From the NCBI GenBank assembly GCA_965207375.1, contig OZ242274.1, forward strand, positions 1,344,001 to 1,408,000: DNA of 64,000 nucleotides. The letters run 5' to 3'. Position numbers and translations under genes: made by a program. The DNA comes from Nitrosopumilaceae archaeon (GTDB lineage Archaea; Thermoproteota; Nitrososphaeria; Nitrososphaerales; Nitrosopumilaceae). The notes beneath the pieces are model-generated. The model saw only the letters and a program-made list of their open reading frames with translations, searched no databases and was not told where the DNA came from. Positions 1 to 11,430 of the stretch are shown piece by piece; position 1 is the stretch's first letter, and each line of letters starts with the position of its first letter.

Positions 1-2
1 AA

Positions 3-518
3 TTTTATCCTACCCCTGCGTTAATAAAATTAGGATATTCCAGTCAGGAAATTGAATCAAAATGGGGCCCACATTATCCCACAGTACGAAAACACATTGC
101 AGACACAATACTTGCAAAATCCGATGGTGTCTTTGCTGGTATTCTCAATAAAACAAACATTCAAAATAATGTTTGGACTGCAGAAGATATTGGAAATGTT
201 CTTTTTAAAAAATCACTATTTGAAAACATTCTACCAAAAATATCTCCTGTAAAACCTCCAATCATAATTTATGATCGTGGAAGATTGAGTAGACCTAGAA
301 CGGAAATATTTAACAAAACCATGTCCGATATGTCAGTACATTATTCTGACAATCAGAAAATTCTTTTTCGTGATGTGGACTCTGTGAAAACACCTGGCAT
401 ATGGGCAAGTGATTTTGTTGCTGGTTCTTTTCACTTTGCGTTAAAACATAATGATTTCACATATGTAGATCTACTTGAACCAAATTTTATAGATGATGGT
501 TCGTTTGAATTGTTTTGA
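3..518 (+). CDS. DUF3800-like protein, 5'-truncated by the window edge
   Basis: Frame 3 is open from base 3 through the 285..518 ORF. C-terminal DS..PGIWASDFVAG resembles the DUF3800 'DS...GIQ.AD' motif. Confidence 0.55.
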   Translation, partial: FYPTPALIKLGYSSQEIESKWGPHYPTVRKHIADTILAKSDGVFAGILNKTNIQNNVWTAEDIGNVLFKKSLFENILPKISPVKPPIIIYDRGRLSRPRTEIFNKTMSDMSVHYSDNQKILFRDVDSVKTPGIWASDFVAGSFHFALKHNDFTYVDLLEPNFIDDGSFELF

Positions 519-879
519 TTATACAGCAATGCCCCTTGCCTTCAGATAAATCCTACGCCTCATGGCACGACAAACGGACTTACTCGCTATACATCATAGG
601 AATCTGTCAAATAAAAAGTAAGTGTTGATCAGATTTTACTAAATTAATAATTTTAGGATGGTATTTTATACACTAGATCTATTACGGTAAGAGTTGATTC
701 GTAATTGATAAATCTTGTCAAAATTTCAATTGCACATACTCAGGTCACCTCTGATTCTATGTAGTTTTTGAACATATGTGAAAATTTTGTGCCTGAAAAA
801 TTTACGGCCAGAGTTTGTACCAAAAAATTAAGGCTAGATGTTAAATTTACTCGATTTTTGGTTATTTTAGAAAATCATT

Positions 880-921
880 GATCAAGGAATTTGTGCGATA
901 TTAGAAAGTGGACCTGACGGG
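880..921 (-). other. Displaced tRNA 3' end / attachment site (att) of the element at 922-11327
   Basis: Minus strand CCCGTCAGGTCCAC (908-921) equals 63426-63439, and ACAAATTCCTTGATC (880-894) equals 63454-63468. Bases 909-921 match 11323-11335 at 11/13 as a direct repeat. Confidence 0.7.
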
Positions 922-1186
922 TACTGTACCTGTAATGTCGCATTTTTACGTTCTGATATTTAAGACATGATGCTGTAATTTAGACCTTGGGATAAAATAC
1001 GTGTAAGACTGGGTCCTGCGTAACTAGTTTGCATGGCCTGTATCTAAAATTGAAATATACAGGAACAGCAAATCTAACCTATTACAAATACGTGAATCTT
1101 CATTTTGTTCAACTCGAAAGGATCGCAGGTATGCTATTTTTGTATCTGAAAAGATCAAGTGATATATCGTGTAATTATGTCAAGAT

Positions 1187-2572
1187 TTGAAAAGTCAAAA
1201 GCCACAAAAATGTATTCAATATATTCTTAAATCATTTTGTTGTATCATTGTTATGTCTACCATCAATAAAATTCCCGATCCGATTCATGGGCATCTTGGC
1301 GTTCCAGACTGGCTACGAGAAATAGAAAACACTCCACCTGTAAGACGAATGTTACGTATCAGACAGTTGGGTCTAAAATCGGTCATAGACTTTCCTGGGG
1401 CAATTCACACAAGATACGGTCATGCATTAGGTGTCATGCACCTGTCCGGATTTTTGGTAGACAAACTATATGAAAAAACCCAACAAGAAGGAAGAAATAC
1501 AATTGCCGAAAATTTGAAAAGCAACAAAAACAACTTGATGGCAGCAGGATTACTTCATGACATTGCACATGGGCCTTTTTCCCATGCAGTGGACTTTGTT
1601 TTAAGGCAGACCTCGCAGATAACCCACGAGCAGTTAGCAGAACAGGTGATATTCAATGATCTTGCCAAATCACTCACAAATCACGGAATCACTCCTGAAG
1701 CCGTAGTCAAAATAATCAACAACACTCATGATTTTAAATTCATTTCTGGAATAATTAACGGTCCAATCGATGTTGACAAGCTGGATTATCTTTTACGTGA
1801 CGCACATCATGTTGGCCTAAAATACGGTTTTGATCTAGAACACTTTGTAAATTCTTATACTGTTTTAGGTGATGATTCATCGTTATCTAGATGCATATTG
1901 GGTTTGGAAAACACACCTGTTGCCCAAGTTACTTCTGAGATCTTTGTATTGATCTGGAAAAGCATGTATGATTTGATCTATCACATACGTGATTCAAGGA
2001 TTGCAGAAAAGATGTTAGAAAAGGCCACATTGTTGGCAATTAGGGCAGATGACAAACTAGAACAATATTTTACAGACACATCTATGCTTTTGACTTTGGA
2101 TGACGATAATCTATTATCTTTGCTAAAAAATTCCAAAGATCCCTATACAAAGGAACTAGAAAAGAGAATACAAAATAGGCAGCTATTCAAATCTATACAC
2201 GACATTAATCTTTATGAAAATCCAGACATAAACCATCAATTTGTAACAAGGGTTACTACTGCAACATCTGGCGAGATAGATAAGATAAGCGATCGACTAA
2301 GCAGTAGACTTTCCGAAGAACTTGACCTAAAAGAATATGGTGCCATCTGCGATATTGTAAAATCAAGATCTCCTTCGAACATATTCATATGCGACAGAAA
2401 TGTTTCTGTTGATCCTAAAAACCTTAACGAGGAATCTGATATTTTAAAGGCAATCAAAGAGAAGATCACCTTGCGAATTTACATAAACCCCCACTCGATC
2501 AATGATCAAACCAAAGATCTTTTAATGAAGAAAATTTTTATTATCATGGATGAAGAGGTAAATGTACAATGA
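1187..2572 (+). CDS. HD-superfamily phosphohydrolase (SAMHD1/YwfO/COG1078-like); likely start at 1253
   Basis: Motifs DPIHG, RIRQLG, HTRYGHALG, LLHDIAHGPFSH and DVDKLDYLLRD. Confidence 0.9.
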   Translation: MKSQKPQKCIQYILKSFCCIIVMSTINKIPDPIHGHLGVPDWLREIENTPPVRRMLRIRQLGLKSVIDFPGAIHTRYGHALGVMHLSGFLVDKLYEKTQQEGRNTIAENLKSNKNNLMAAGLLHDIAHGPFSHAVDFVLRQTSQITHEQLAEQVIFNDLAKSLTNHGITPEAVVKIINNTHDFKFISGIINGPIDVDKLDYLLRDAHHVGLKYGFDLEHFVNSYTVLGDDSSLSRCILGLENTPVAQVTSEIFVLIWKSMYDLIYHIRDSRIAEKMLEKATLLAIRADDKLEQYFTDTSMLLTLDDDNLLSLLKNSKDPYTKELEKRIQNRQLFKSIHDINLYENPDINHQFVTRVTTATSGEIDKISDRLSSRLSEELDLKEYGAICDIVKSRSPSNIFICDRNVSVDPKNLNEESDILKAIKEKITLRIYINPHSINDQTKDLLMKKIFIIMDEEVNVQ

Positions 2573-3000
2573 TTACAACTGACGATTTACATTTTTTGCT
2601 GGAAATTATAAAGCACTCTAGAGTTGTTGAAGGTCGTCAAAAATTTCAACATATTGTCTGTGTTCTAAAGTATCGCGATCACATTCCGCTAGGTTTTGAT
2701 TTTACTTTGTATTATTTTGGACCATATTCAGAAACGCTTGCAGATAAAATCCAATCTCTGGTAGGCATCGGATACGTGCGCGAGGAAACCGTAAAAGTTA
2801 ACACTGATGTTTTTCGATGCGGATATTCTTTAACAGACTTGGGATTAAAGGAAATACAGAGTATTGAGGCAACACACCAAATATGTGGTATTGCAATTTC
2901 TGACCTGCAAAAACATATTGACCAAATCAACATGATGGATCCAAATGATCTGGTAAGATTATCAAAAACCTTAAAGATTGATCAAAAATTGGCAGCCTAG
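2569..3000 (+). CDS. YwgA/DUF4065-like partner of the HD protein
   Basis: Motifs GRQKFQ, F..YYFGPYSE.L and YSLT..G. Start overlaps the HD stop codon. Confidence 0.65.
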   Translation: MITTDDLHFLLEIIKHSRVVEGRQKFQHIVCVLKYRDHIPLGFDFTLYYFGPYSETLADKIQSLVGIGYVREETVKVNTDVFRCGYSLTDLGLKEIQSIEATHQICGIAISDLQKHIDQINMMDPNDLVRLSKTLKIDQKLAA

Positions 3001-3103
3001 TATTTGTATACAGAATTACACAAACCGTGTAATTCAAAACACAATACTTTCACATACTCTAAAGAATATCTAGAGTTGTTTTTGCAAATTCTGTTTGTTA
3101 CTG

Positions 3104-3657
3104 TCAGTAATACTGTTTTATGTATTGATATATCTTGGAGAACAACTCCTTATCCTTGTGAAGCTTGTACTGCAGTAGAACTCTTGTGATCTCTTGTTTT
3201 ATTTCTCTTTTGCCTACCGCTGTGTTTTGCCACCCATCAAAGCGCACATTTTTTACTATCTCATCTATTTTATGAACAATCGTTTTTATCATCTCTGGAG
3301 GTGTGGGTAGATTCTGCTGTTGGAATATTTTGGTCAGTGCTTGCCTGTCGTCTCTAGGATCCTTTGGTACTTGGTTTTTTGTTCTTCTACTACCACATCT
3401 TTTGCAATATCTAAAAGATCCTTTAGATACTGCACACTGTTTGTAATCCTATTTACATATCTCTCACGTGCAGCTTCGAGTCTTTGCCCGAGTTTTATGA
3501 AGGCAGGACGGTTTTGATATTTTTTTATTCGTCTTGTAATGATTATTTCTAACTGCTTTGGTTTCTTGGCAGTTTCGTTGTCATTAGGTTTGAAGATGTT
3601 TTCATCTAGAATCACCTTCTCCAAATTGCCATCATCTAATTTCCTTGATCGGGGCAC
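3104..3657 (-). pseudogene. Fragmented C-terminus of a type I restriction enzyme R subunit (HsdR)
   Basis: Two ORF fragments. VRFDGWQNT..G.REIKQ...LF.KIYQYIKQYY is a typical HsdR C-terminus. Confidence 0.65.
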
Positions 3658-3829
3658 ATATGATTACTCCAATTCTAGGCACTGTCCACGTAAATTCATC
3701 ATGCCGAACCTAGTCTCTTATCTTGAATAGAATACCAAAAAATACCATCTAAATGGTGATCATATTCTCTACAATTGGAACTATCGGACTTGCCAAACTC
3801 TTAATAGCAAATCTCAAAGCTATGGTGCA

Positions 3830-6800
3830 ATGGTACAAAAAACAAAACTGCTCATATTGCCACTTGTCCTGACGCTGATATCAGTACCGTTAGCATTTGG
3901 ACAAGATACATCAGATACCCGGCAAGGTCTTGATGATGTAGAGCCTTATGTGATATCACCATTAAAGCAATACAATGCAGGTGTACTAGCAGAACAAATT
4001 GTCTGTGAAAATAACAAAACATTGATGCTACGTCCCAACTCCGAACCTGCATGTGTCTATGAGACATCTGTAGAAAAGCTAGAGATGCGCAACTGGGTTG
4101 TACTGTACACACAGGACACTGTTTCATTATCTCCGGAACACGATACCTCATATACCGTATCAGAATCATCTGATGTTACTTTTAGTGAACCGTGTCTTTT
4201 CTGTTCCACCCTGGAGCTGTCCAGTTTTCCAAAGATTGGTGAGATAGCTACTGCTACACTTCATGTACCTAGTAGTACGCATATCAATATTCCAGAAGAT
4301 TGGGGTATGAATGTGTATTTTTATTCTACTGATCCTGATGCCGTAGAATTTCTAAATGTGGAACCGATAACAGTCATATCCAAAAACGATGGTTCTGTAC
4401 AGGATATCTATAGAATGCCATTTGTAACAGAAAGCAACAAACCTTCAACATTCTCAATCCAGTTCAAGATTATAAAAACTGGTCAGTTTTCCATAAATGG
4501 TGGAATTACAGACAATGAATCAAATTTTGTTACTCTTTTGGTAACAGAAGATGGCACTGAGGAATTTGTTCCACAGTATGCCCCTCCACCTGTTCTAACC
4601 GAACTGTACGCCAAAGAAATCAAGGAATTGCGTGCCATAATTGACAAGAGGGGAGGTGTTGGACCTGAGATAATAAACGTTGGAGACAGTGAAATTCTGA
4701 TGGATATAATACGATTTGAGGGACTGTTGACTGAACAGGAAGCCGAATATTATTTAACATTGGTGCTGACCAACGCCACACGTCACTATGGAGATGAGGG
4801 ACTTCCATGGAGACAGGTAGAACAAAGAAAAATATCTGACACGTCTCTTGCATTATTCATAAACGGATACAAGTACATTGAAAACCATCCAACACAAGTT
4901 CTTGGTACGTACTATTCTGATTGGGGTGCAGACAGATGGAATGATGGCTATGACAGTACACTTGAGGACATTAGAAGATATCTAGCACAGGGCAACTATA
5001 TGACGCAATCCCAGATAGACCAATACATCAAGGATTACATCGCAGACGATTTCCTTGACACCCAAAATTTTTCTTTTTCATTTTTGCCCAAGGCATATGC
5101 TGCAACTACCATACATCTAAAGGGATGGATATTAGCAGATCCCTCATTTAGTGACAAGACCGATGACCGTATCAGTGGCATTGAAGTATGTGGGCAAAAA
5201 AAGATCCCAAATGGTTACATGACGCTAAAAACCACACGTAATTTACCTGCGTGTGATATTACTGATGAAAATGGTAAATTTGTAATTGCCTCTGCAAGGC
5301 TTGATACCTCCTCAATTACATTATCGTATCTCATTCATACGGATACTGATAATCATGGAAAATCTAAAAGTTCACATGTACGTGTGGTTGATAGATCTAA
5401 TGTTGCATATGAGCATAACACTCAAGATTTTCCAAATATCAGTGCATCTCACAACTTATGGGCCTATAAACTTCCTAGTGATGATGATATCAGAGGTGCC
5501 GCATGGATTACTGATGCAATTGAAACTGGATGGCAATACTTTGATGAGGACGCACCTGACTTTAGAATAATTAAAACCATCACAGTAGAATGGGATCCCG
5601 ACATTAACACAGGTGCCAGTGCCTCAGGACATAAAATTATTTTGGGAGGTGGTGATACTGATACTGACGGCGATGAGCATTACAGATGGGTCATACTTCA
5701 CGAGTACGGACATGTTGTTTTATCTGCTGTATATGACAAAGTACTTGGTGCTTGTCCATCACTACATTCTATAGAGAACTTTACCAATCCTGTTTGTGCT
5801 TGGTATGAGGGCTGGGCTACCTTTGTAGCGCATGCAGTTGATGACGAACCTAATAAAATTTGGACCAAAACTAGTAATGTGGATTTAGAAAAACACGCAA
5901 TTTATTCAAATAATACCAGATCTATTGAATTTCAAAAAACTGATTCTTCATCAGTTGACATAGGACACAAAGTCGAAGGGCGCGTTGCAGCAGCCTTGTG
6001 GGACATTTATGATGATGCAGATGACCGAATATATGACCTAGTAAACGGTCAAAAGTTTGATGGCATATCCCATAGTGACGAGAAAATATTCAAAATATTT
6101 AGCCTTGACAATCCTGTATCTCTTGAAAAATGGAATAGTGAATGGAATGAAAGATATCCATCAAATAGTGTATCTAAAATCTTAAAGCTACATCACATGG
6201 GATTTAACATACCACCTGATGCAGATTCTCTACATGTTACAGTTAGAAGCGATACTACTACCATATTGTATCTTACTGCTAAAGATGTAGATGGAGACAA
6301 GCTACAATATCAAAAGATTACAGATCCAAATCACGGCACCTTGTCTCCAAAACTTGATGTGTTTCCAACAAATACTGTTGGCAAGGCAATAATACGATAC
6401 ACACCAAATGATGGATTTGTAGGTACTGATTCTTTCAAGTTTAAGGCACATGATGGTGACAAGTTTAGCACGGAGGCAACTGTTACCATCACTGTAAAAC
6501 CAAAACCACAACCAATTACCTTTACTGCATCACTTGATTCTGAGCTAGACAGCATTACTCTGAAATTTTCAAAAAAACTAACTCAGAATTTTAACACAAG
6601 TGACTTTACAACAAGTCATGGTACTATAGACCGCATTACAAACTATGACAATTCTAAAACAAGATACTTGCACGTATCAGACATGCCGTATAATACTGCG
6701 GTTACCGTAACTTATTCTGGTGCAGGGTTTACCACACCTGATAACTATGAACTGATATCCAAAAGCTATGCCAAGACCAACGCCGTACCAAAACCAGATA

Positions 6801-9616
6801 CTGCACCTTCAATATCAGACATTTCAGATGTAACACTCAATGCAAGCCAGACAAAGACTGTCAGTATAACTGCAACTGATGCCGAATCTGATCCCATCAC
6901 TCTGACCTTGCAAGCGGCACCATCGTTTGCCAAAATAACACATAACGGTAACGGCAAGGCTACGGTAACGCTGAATCCTGATTCCTCGAATATCGGCACC
7001 CATACAGTAACGGTAAAAGCTACAGCTAACGGCAAGTCTGATACAGAGTTCTTTACGGTTACAGTGACTATGAACACTGTATCTAGTGACACTCCGCCTG
7101 TAATCACGCCTATTTCAAACATCTCACTGACCGATTCTCAAACACTTTCATTTTCAGTTACAGCAACTGACAAGGAAGGTGATATCATAACACTATCACT
7201 TTCATCATCACCAGGATTTGTCACATTAACTGGCAACACGATATATGTCAATCCTACAAGCTCCGATGTCGGTACACATACGGTAACGATACAAGCTACA
7301 GCCAATGGCAAATCAGATACAGAATCATTTGAAATCACTGTAATCAAAACAGCAATTGATGCGGCACCCATAATATCTGAAATTGTAGATATATCAATGA
7401 CGGACTCTCAAACTAGAACTATAACAATTACTGCAACTGATGCAGACGGGGATACAATATCACTATCGCTACAGTCATCACCTAACTTTGTCAGCATAGC
7501 CGGAGACACCATTACAGTAAAGCCTAACATGTCAGATATCGGTACCCATACAGTAACGGTACAAGCTACAGCCAACGGAAAAACAGACACCGAATCCTTT
7601 ACGGTTACTGTATCTCAAACGATAATTGATAGCCCACCGGTTCTAACACCACAACCAGACATTACACTAAACCACACAGAAACAAAAACACTTGCAGTTA
7701 CAGCAACTGACCCTGATGGCGATGCCATAACTGTGAGCCTTGCAAGATACACACCTGACTTTGTAACGATACAATCTGTACCAGGAAACTCTACACTCCT
7801 GATAAAACCTGCACTGTCTGATGTAGGTACACATGATATAGGGATATATGCAGATGCAAACGGAAAACGAGCAGTTGATGTATTTAAAATTACAATACTA
7901 GAGGAAATCATAGATGCAGCACCTGTAATATCTGCAATACCTAATGTCTCTATGTTTGATTCACATACTAGAGCAGTTACAGTTACTGCAAGTGACAGGG
8001 AGGGTGATACCATAACACTGTCACTACAGTCAGCACCTGACTTTGTTACTTTATCAGGCAATATAATAGCAATAAAGCCTGCTAAAACCGATATCGGCAC
8101 ATATACAGTAACTGTACAAGCTGTAGCCAACGGTAAATCAGATACCCAATCTTTCAAGGTGATAGTGGCCAAGAGAGTCACCTTTGACACAGGACCAGTA
8201 ATGCAAACGATTCCTGACATTACAATGATTCATACTCAGACAGAAACGCTTAATGTTACTGTAACTGATAAAGAAAATGACATCATAACTATGAGCCTTG
8301 CAAGATACGCCCCTGACTTTGTTACTTTATTAGACAAGGGTGGCGGCAAGGGAACCATTACAATAAATCCAGATTCTTCTGATGTGGGAGTTCATTATGT
8401 TGGAGTATTTGCATATGCCAACGGCTTGTTTGCAGGTAATACGGTACGTGTGGCAGTTACCAATGTACCGGCAGATACTGTATCCCCTGTCTTTTCTAAT
8501 ATACCTGCAGACATTATACAATCAACTAGTTCCAATAAAACTTTAGTAACATTTGTGCCACCCACTGCAACTGATGACACAGACGGCACAATACAGGTCA
8601 TATCATCACACAAGTCAGGCATATTGTTTCCCATAGGAAACACAACTGTAACATTTACTGCAACAGATTCAGCAGGAAACAAATCAATACACAACATGAT
8701 AATCACAATTACCAAAACACCTCCTGCCACACCTCCTGCTATCTTGCTCAATGACACCTTTGATGGTACACTAAACAGCTGGACATACAAGGAAATACCT
8801 TATACACCGTGGATAAAAACAGATTGTGATACACAAAACAATAACGCATACACGTTATTGTACAGTACCGAACATAACGGCTCAGCACATCTAAACTATA
8901 CAGCACAGTGCTGGTTTGGAATGGCAGGTGCAAACAAGACCATCACCATACCAGAATCCCAAAAAGACTATTATCTACAAATCAGTCTAGATCACAGGAG
9001 CCTTGCAGACATGCGCCACTATGCAAATGTCGGAAATGTAAACAATCACTTTATGTCAATTACTGATTCTGATGGTCTAATTATACAATATGTGACGCTG
9101 TTTCAGGGAGAGTCACATGGTACCATACAGGATACTGCCTGGAGACAAAAATCAATTATGTTGTCTTCTACAGATATAGCAAGGTGTCCATGTGACGTAT
9201 TTGTCTATGTATCTGACTATTGGCGTATACCATGGAAGCAGCAAGGGTACATTGACAATGTAGAAATGAAATTTGTGCATGGTGTGACAGGTGCTGTACC
9301 AGAGATACAAAACAGTTTGACTATAGACGAATATGCACAAGCAGTATTTGCAAATGGCACTAAAATTGCAATTACAGGAAAATATGTAACAGATGATACG
9401 GTTCTAGTATCTTGGGAGGCATTTGCAGATGCGACCCAATACAAGGCAGTAATTGTACCTGCAGATACACAAGCAAAGACTGTACACAAGAAAATCACAA
9501 ATACTCTATACGAGTTTACTGAACTAGAACCTGACACTGCATATATTATCAAAGTCATGGTGGCTGATGACCCTTCAACTAAGAGTGTCATTACAGCAAC
9601 CACTTTGGGCAGATAG
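3830..9616 (+). CDS. Large secreted/surface protein with zinc metalloprotease motif, tandem Ig/cadherin-like repeats, HYR-like and FN3-like domains
   Basis: Signal peptide, LHEYGH zincin motif, ~6 repeats of P.I..I.D...TATD.EGD.ITLSL...P.FV...GTHTVTV.ATANGK.D, HYR-like FPIGNTTVTFTATDSAGN, and FN3-like LEPDTAY. Confidence 0.8.
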   Translation: MVQKTKLLILPLVLTLISVPLAFGQDTSDTRQGLDDVEPYVISPLKQYNAGVLAEQIVCENNKTLMLRPNSEPACVYETSVEKLEMRNWVVLYTQDTVSLSPEHDTSYTVSESSDVTFSEPCLFCSTLELSSFPKIGEIATATLHVPSSTHINIPEDWGMNVYFYSTDPDAVEFLNVEPITVISKNDGSVQDIYRMPFVTESNKPSTFSIQFKIIKTGQFSINGGITDNESNFVTLLVTEDGTEEFVPQYAPPPVLTELYAKEIKELRAIIDKRGGVGPEIINVGDSEILMDIIRFEGLLTEQEAEYYLTLVLTNATRHYGDEGLPWRQVEQRKISDTSLALFINGYKYIENHPTQVLGTYYSDWGADRWNDGYDSTLEDIRRYLAQGNYMTQSQIDQYIKDYIADDFLDTQNFSFSFLPKAYAATTIHLKGWILADPSFSDKTDDRISGIEVCGQKKIPNGYMTLKTTRNLPACDITDENGKFVIASARLDTSSITLSYLIHTDTDNHGKSKSSHVRVVDRSNVAYEHNTQDFPNISASHNLWAYKLPSDDDIRGAAWITDAIETGWQYFDEDAPDFRIIKTITVEWDPDINTGASASGHKIILGGGDTDTDGDEHYRWVILHEYGHVVLSAVYDKVLGACPSLHSIENFTNPVCAWYEGWATFVAHAVDDEPNKIWTKTSNVDLEKHAIYSNNTRSIEFQKTDSSSVDIGHKVEGRVAAALWDIYDDADDRIYDLVNGQKFDGISHSDEKIFKIFSLDNPVSLEKWNSEWNERYPSNSVSKILKLHHMGFNIPPDADSLHVTVRSDTTTILYLTAKDVDGDKLQYQKITDPNHGTLSPKLDVFPTNTVGKAIIRYTPNDGFVGTDSFKFKAHDGDKFSTEATVTITVKPKPQPITFTASLDSELDSITLKFSKKLTQNFNTSDFTTSHGTIDRITNYDNSKTRYLHVSDMPYNTAVTVTYSGAGFTTPDNYELISKSYAKTNAVPKPDTAPSISDISDVTLNASQTKTVSITATDAESDPITLTLQAAPSFAKITHNGNGKATVTLNPDSSNIGTHTVTVKATANGKSDTEFFTVTVTMNTVSSDTPPVITPISNISLTDSQTLSFSVTATDKEGDIITLSLSSSPGFVTLTGNTIYVNPTSSDVGTHTVTIQATANGKSDTESFEITVIKTAIDAAPIISEIVDISMTDSQTRTITITATDADGDTISLSLQSSPNFVSIAGDTITVKPNMSDIGTHTVTVQATANGKTDTESFTVTVSQTIIDSPPVLTPQPDITLNHTETKTLAVTATDPDGDAITVSLARYTPDFVTIQSVPGNSTLLIKPALSDVGTHDIGIYADANGKRAVDVFKITILEEIIDAAPVISAIPNVSMFDSHTRAVTVTASDREGDTITLSLQSAPDFVTLSGNIIAIKPAKTDIGTYTVTVQAVANGKSDTQSFKVIVAKRVTFDTGPVMQTIPDITMIHTQTETLNVTVTDKENDIITMSLARYAPDFVTLLDKGGGKGTITINPDSSDVGVHYVGVFAYANGLFAGNTVRVAVTNVPADTVSPVFSNIPADIIQSTSSNKTLVTFVPPTATDDTDGTIQVISSHKSGILFPIGNTTVTFTATDSAGNKSIHNMIITITKTPPATPPAILLNDTFDGTLNSWTYKEIPYTPWIKTDCDTQNNNAYTLLYSTEHNGSAHLNYTAQCWFGMAGANKTITIPESQKDYYLQISLDHRSLADMRHYANVGNVNNHFMSITDSDGLIIQYVTLFQGESHGTIQDTAWRQKSIMLSSTDIARCPCDVFVYVSDYWRIPWKQQGYIDNVEMKFVHGVTGAVPEIQNSLTIDEYAQAVFANGTKIAITGKYVTDDTVLVSWEAFADATQYKAVIVPADTQAKTVHKKITNTLYEFTELEPDTAYIIKVMVADDPSTKSVITATTLGR

Positions 9617-9919
9617 GCACATCCGTACCGCACTAGCTGAAATAGATTCGTACCTGATTCGGCATGCCACATCATGCGCAAAATCTGAAATTTATAACAA
9701 CGCGTAGTAATTTTAAAAAAGAATGTAACCCAGACTTGCGCAATCAGGCCATGGCAACGCCATAATAACATCTATAATTTCAATCTTTTTTGTGATTACT
9801 AGACCTATGCAACGTCCCCTGCACGTGCAACAGTTGCATGTAATGGGGCAGAATTTTTGGATTTTTACAATGTTTTACTGCGGCAATTTAGACATAATCC
9901 ATCTTCAGATTTGAAAACA

Positions 9920-11277
9920 CTATGTGTCTGTGATCAGACTTCTAGCACATGATACTAGTGCCTTGTCTGTATGTTCAGATATTGTTCTGCTACAGTATGG
10001 ACATGTGTGCGTATTGTCAGTCATGTGACAATACCAATACTGATTTGCATAAAAGACTAATTTTTTTTCATCAATCCTGCGTGCTAGGGATTCTACCATG
10101 CTACGCAGATTTTGTATCTGTCTGTCCTTGTCAGCCTCTAACTCTGCTATTTTTTTATTTTTGAGACGGTTTGATTCGGCAAGATGTACAGAATCATCTA
10201 TAGTGAGATTTGGAACAGCACAAATGTATTCTTCGGCAAGCTCCATGTTGTGCGTCTTAAAGTAATTTTTGTCAAGACTTACTAGTCCGGCATGGCCCAT
10301 CATGTATTCCTTTTTGATCAACGATGCAAGCGGTGAATCATTGGAGAGGGATTCTTTGCACGCTTTGTTCCAGAACCTTCTAAAACTGTTCATCATGGGA
10401 ACCTCGAATCTGCGCTGAATCTTGTGTTCTGGGTAGCGCAACCCCACATTGCCGATGGTTCTCTCTACTCTCTTTTTTATTCCCTTGATACTTGCCTTTG
10501 CAGGTTCTGTTCCGTCTTTTTTGAACACTGGATCTTCTGGAAGAGGCATTCTTCCCACCTCGCGGGTCCAAGCATCACGATAATTGCATACTGCCTCATA
10601 TGCTTCTGGGGTGATAAAAGCAGGATATCTTGCACTTGTCCCCTGATATATGGTCAACATGGCACATGTAACTATGGACTCTTTTGTACTATCAAAGCTT
10701 TGCGTGCTGCCGTTTTTGTATATTGGGCGTATGTCTCCCCAGTTTAGATCAAATCCACCTATGAGGATTCCAGAACTTGCCGCAATCAATATTATGGTCC
10801 GCTCTATGGGACCTCTTGCAAACTTTAACATCTTTTGAATTTCGTCTTTATTCCATCCGCGTGAATATAGGGTGTTGTCAATCTCTGGAAATGTAGCATA
10901 GATGCGCTTCCAAGATATTGTAATGTCATTCATATCCAATAATTTTTTTATCGGTTTGAAATAGTTGGAAAAAGAAGAAGGATTGTAATAGTTTGGATCA
11001 TCCTGTGGTAATTGGGTACACACTGTCGCATCTTTTTTGATATTCCTAAAAGCAGATCACGAATCCAGTCTGGATTCTCTTTGCCGTATTTTACAAACTG
11101 CTCTACTCGCTGCTCAAATGTACCATCAAGTATCTCATCTAGCACACCACACAATATGTATCGCAGACTGTGCGTGTATTTTTCACGGGTCTGCTCTGCC
11201 TTTATTCCCTGCAAGAACAACTCCATAGTCGATGCTGTATCTGTCCTTTCAAATCCTTCCTTTGTCAGTTTCATCAT
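9920..11277 (-). pseudogene. Tyrosine recombinase/integrase, frameshifted near 11030
   Basis: Two overlapping ORFs (10948-11277 and 9920-11023). Motifs NSFRRFWNK, EYMMGH and LDKNY are present. The first catalytic Arg appears replaced (SSGILIG). Confidence 0.8.
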
Positions 11278-11322
11278 CTCACATCTTAAATCTTAGAACG
11301 TATAAAAACGACCATATGGAAA

Positions 11323-11396
11323 TAGAACTGACGGGATTTGAACCCGTGACCCGTTATGTTTCAAGTAACGATTCAGCCAGCCTAAACTACAGGCCC
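11323..11396 (-). tRNA. Atypical tRNA copy 1: Ala-type acceptor (G3:U70) with GAA anticodon; acceptor 3' strand degraded by integration
   Basis: GGGCCTG TA GTTT AGGCTGGCT GAAT C GTTAC TTGAAAC ATAAC GGGTC ACGGG TTCAAAT CCCGT CAGTTCT A. 74-nt cloverleaf with mismatches at 4:69 and 31:39. Confidence 0.75.
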
Positions 11397-11430
11397 ACAA
11401 GTATTTTATAGTAATGATACAATATAAAAT

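Larger units (their letters stand above)
922..11327. mobile_element. ~10.4-kb integrase-mediated element inserted into the 3' end of the tRNA-like gene at 11323-11396
   Basis: Direct repeat core CTGACGGG at 914-921 and 11328-11335. The integrase lies immediately next to the tRNA end. Confidence 0.6.

Noticed and set aside
52-252. 66-aa ORF
   Set aside because: It is a shadow of the longer frame-3 CDS running 3-518.
6302-9771. Multiple minus-strand ORFs (likewise within 57599-62223)
   Set aside because: They are antisense shadows of large repeat-rich genes.
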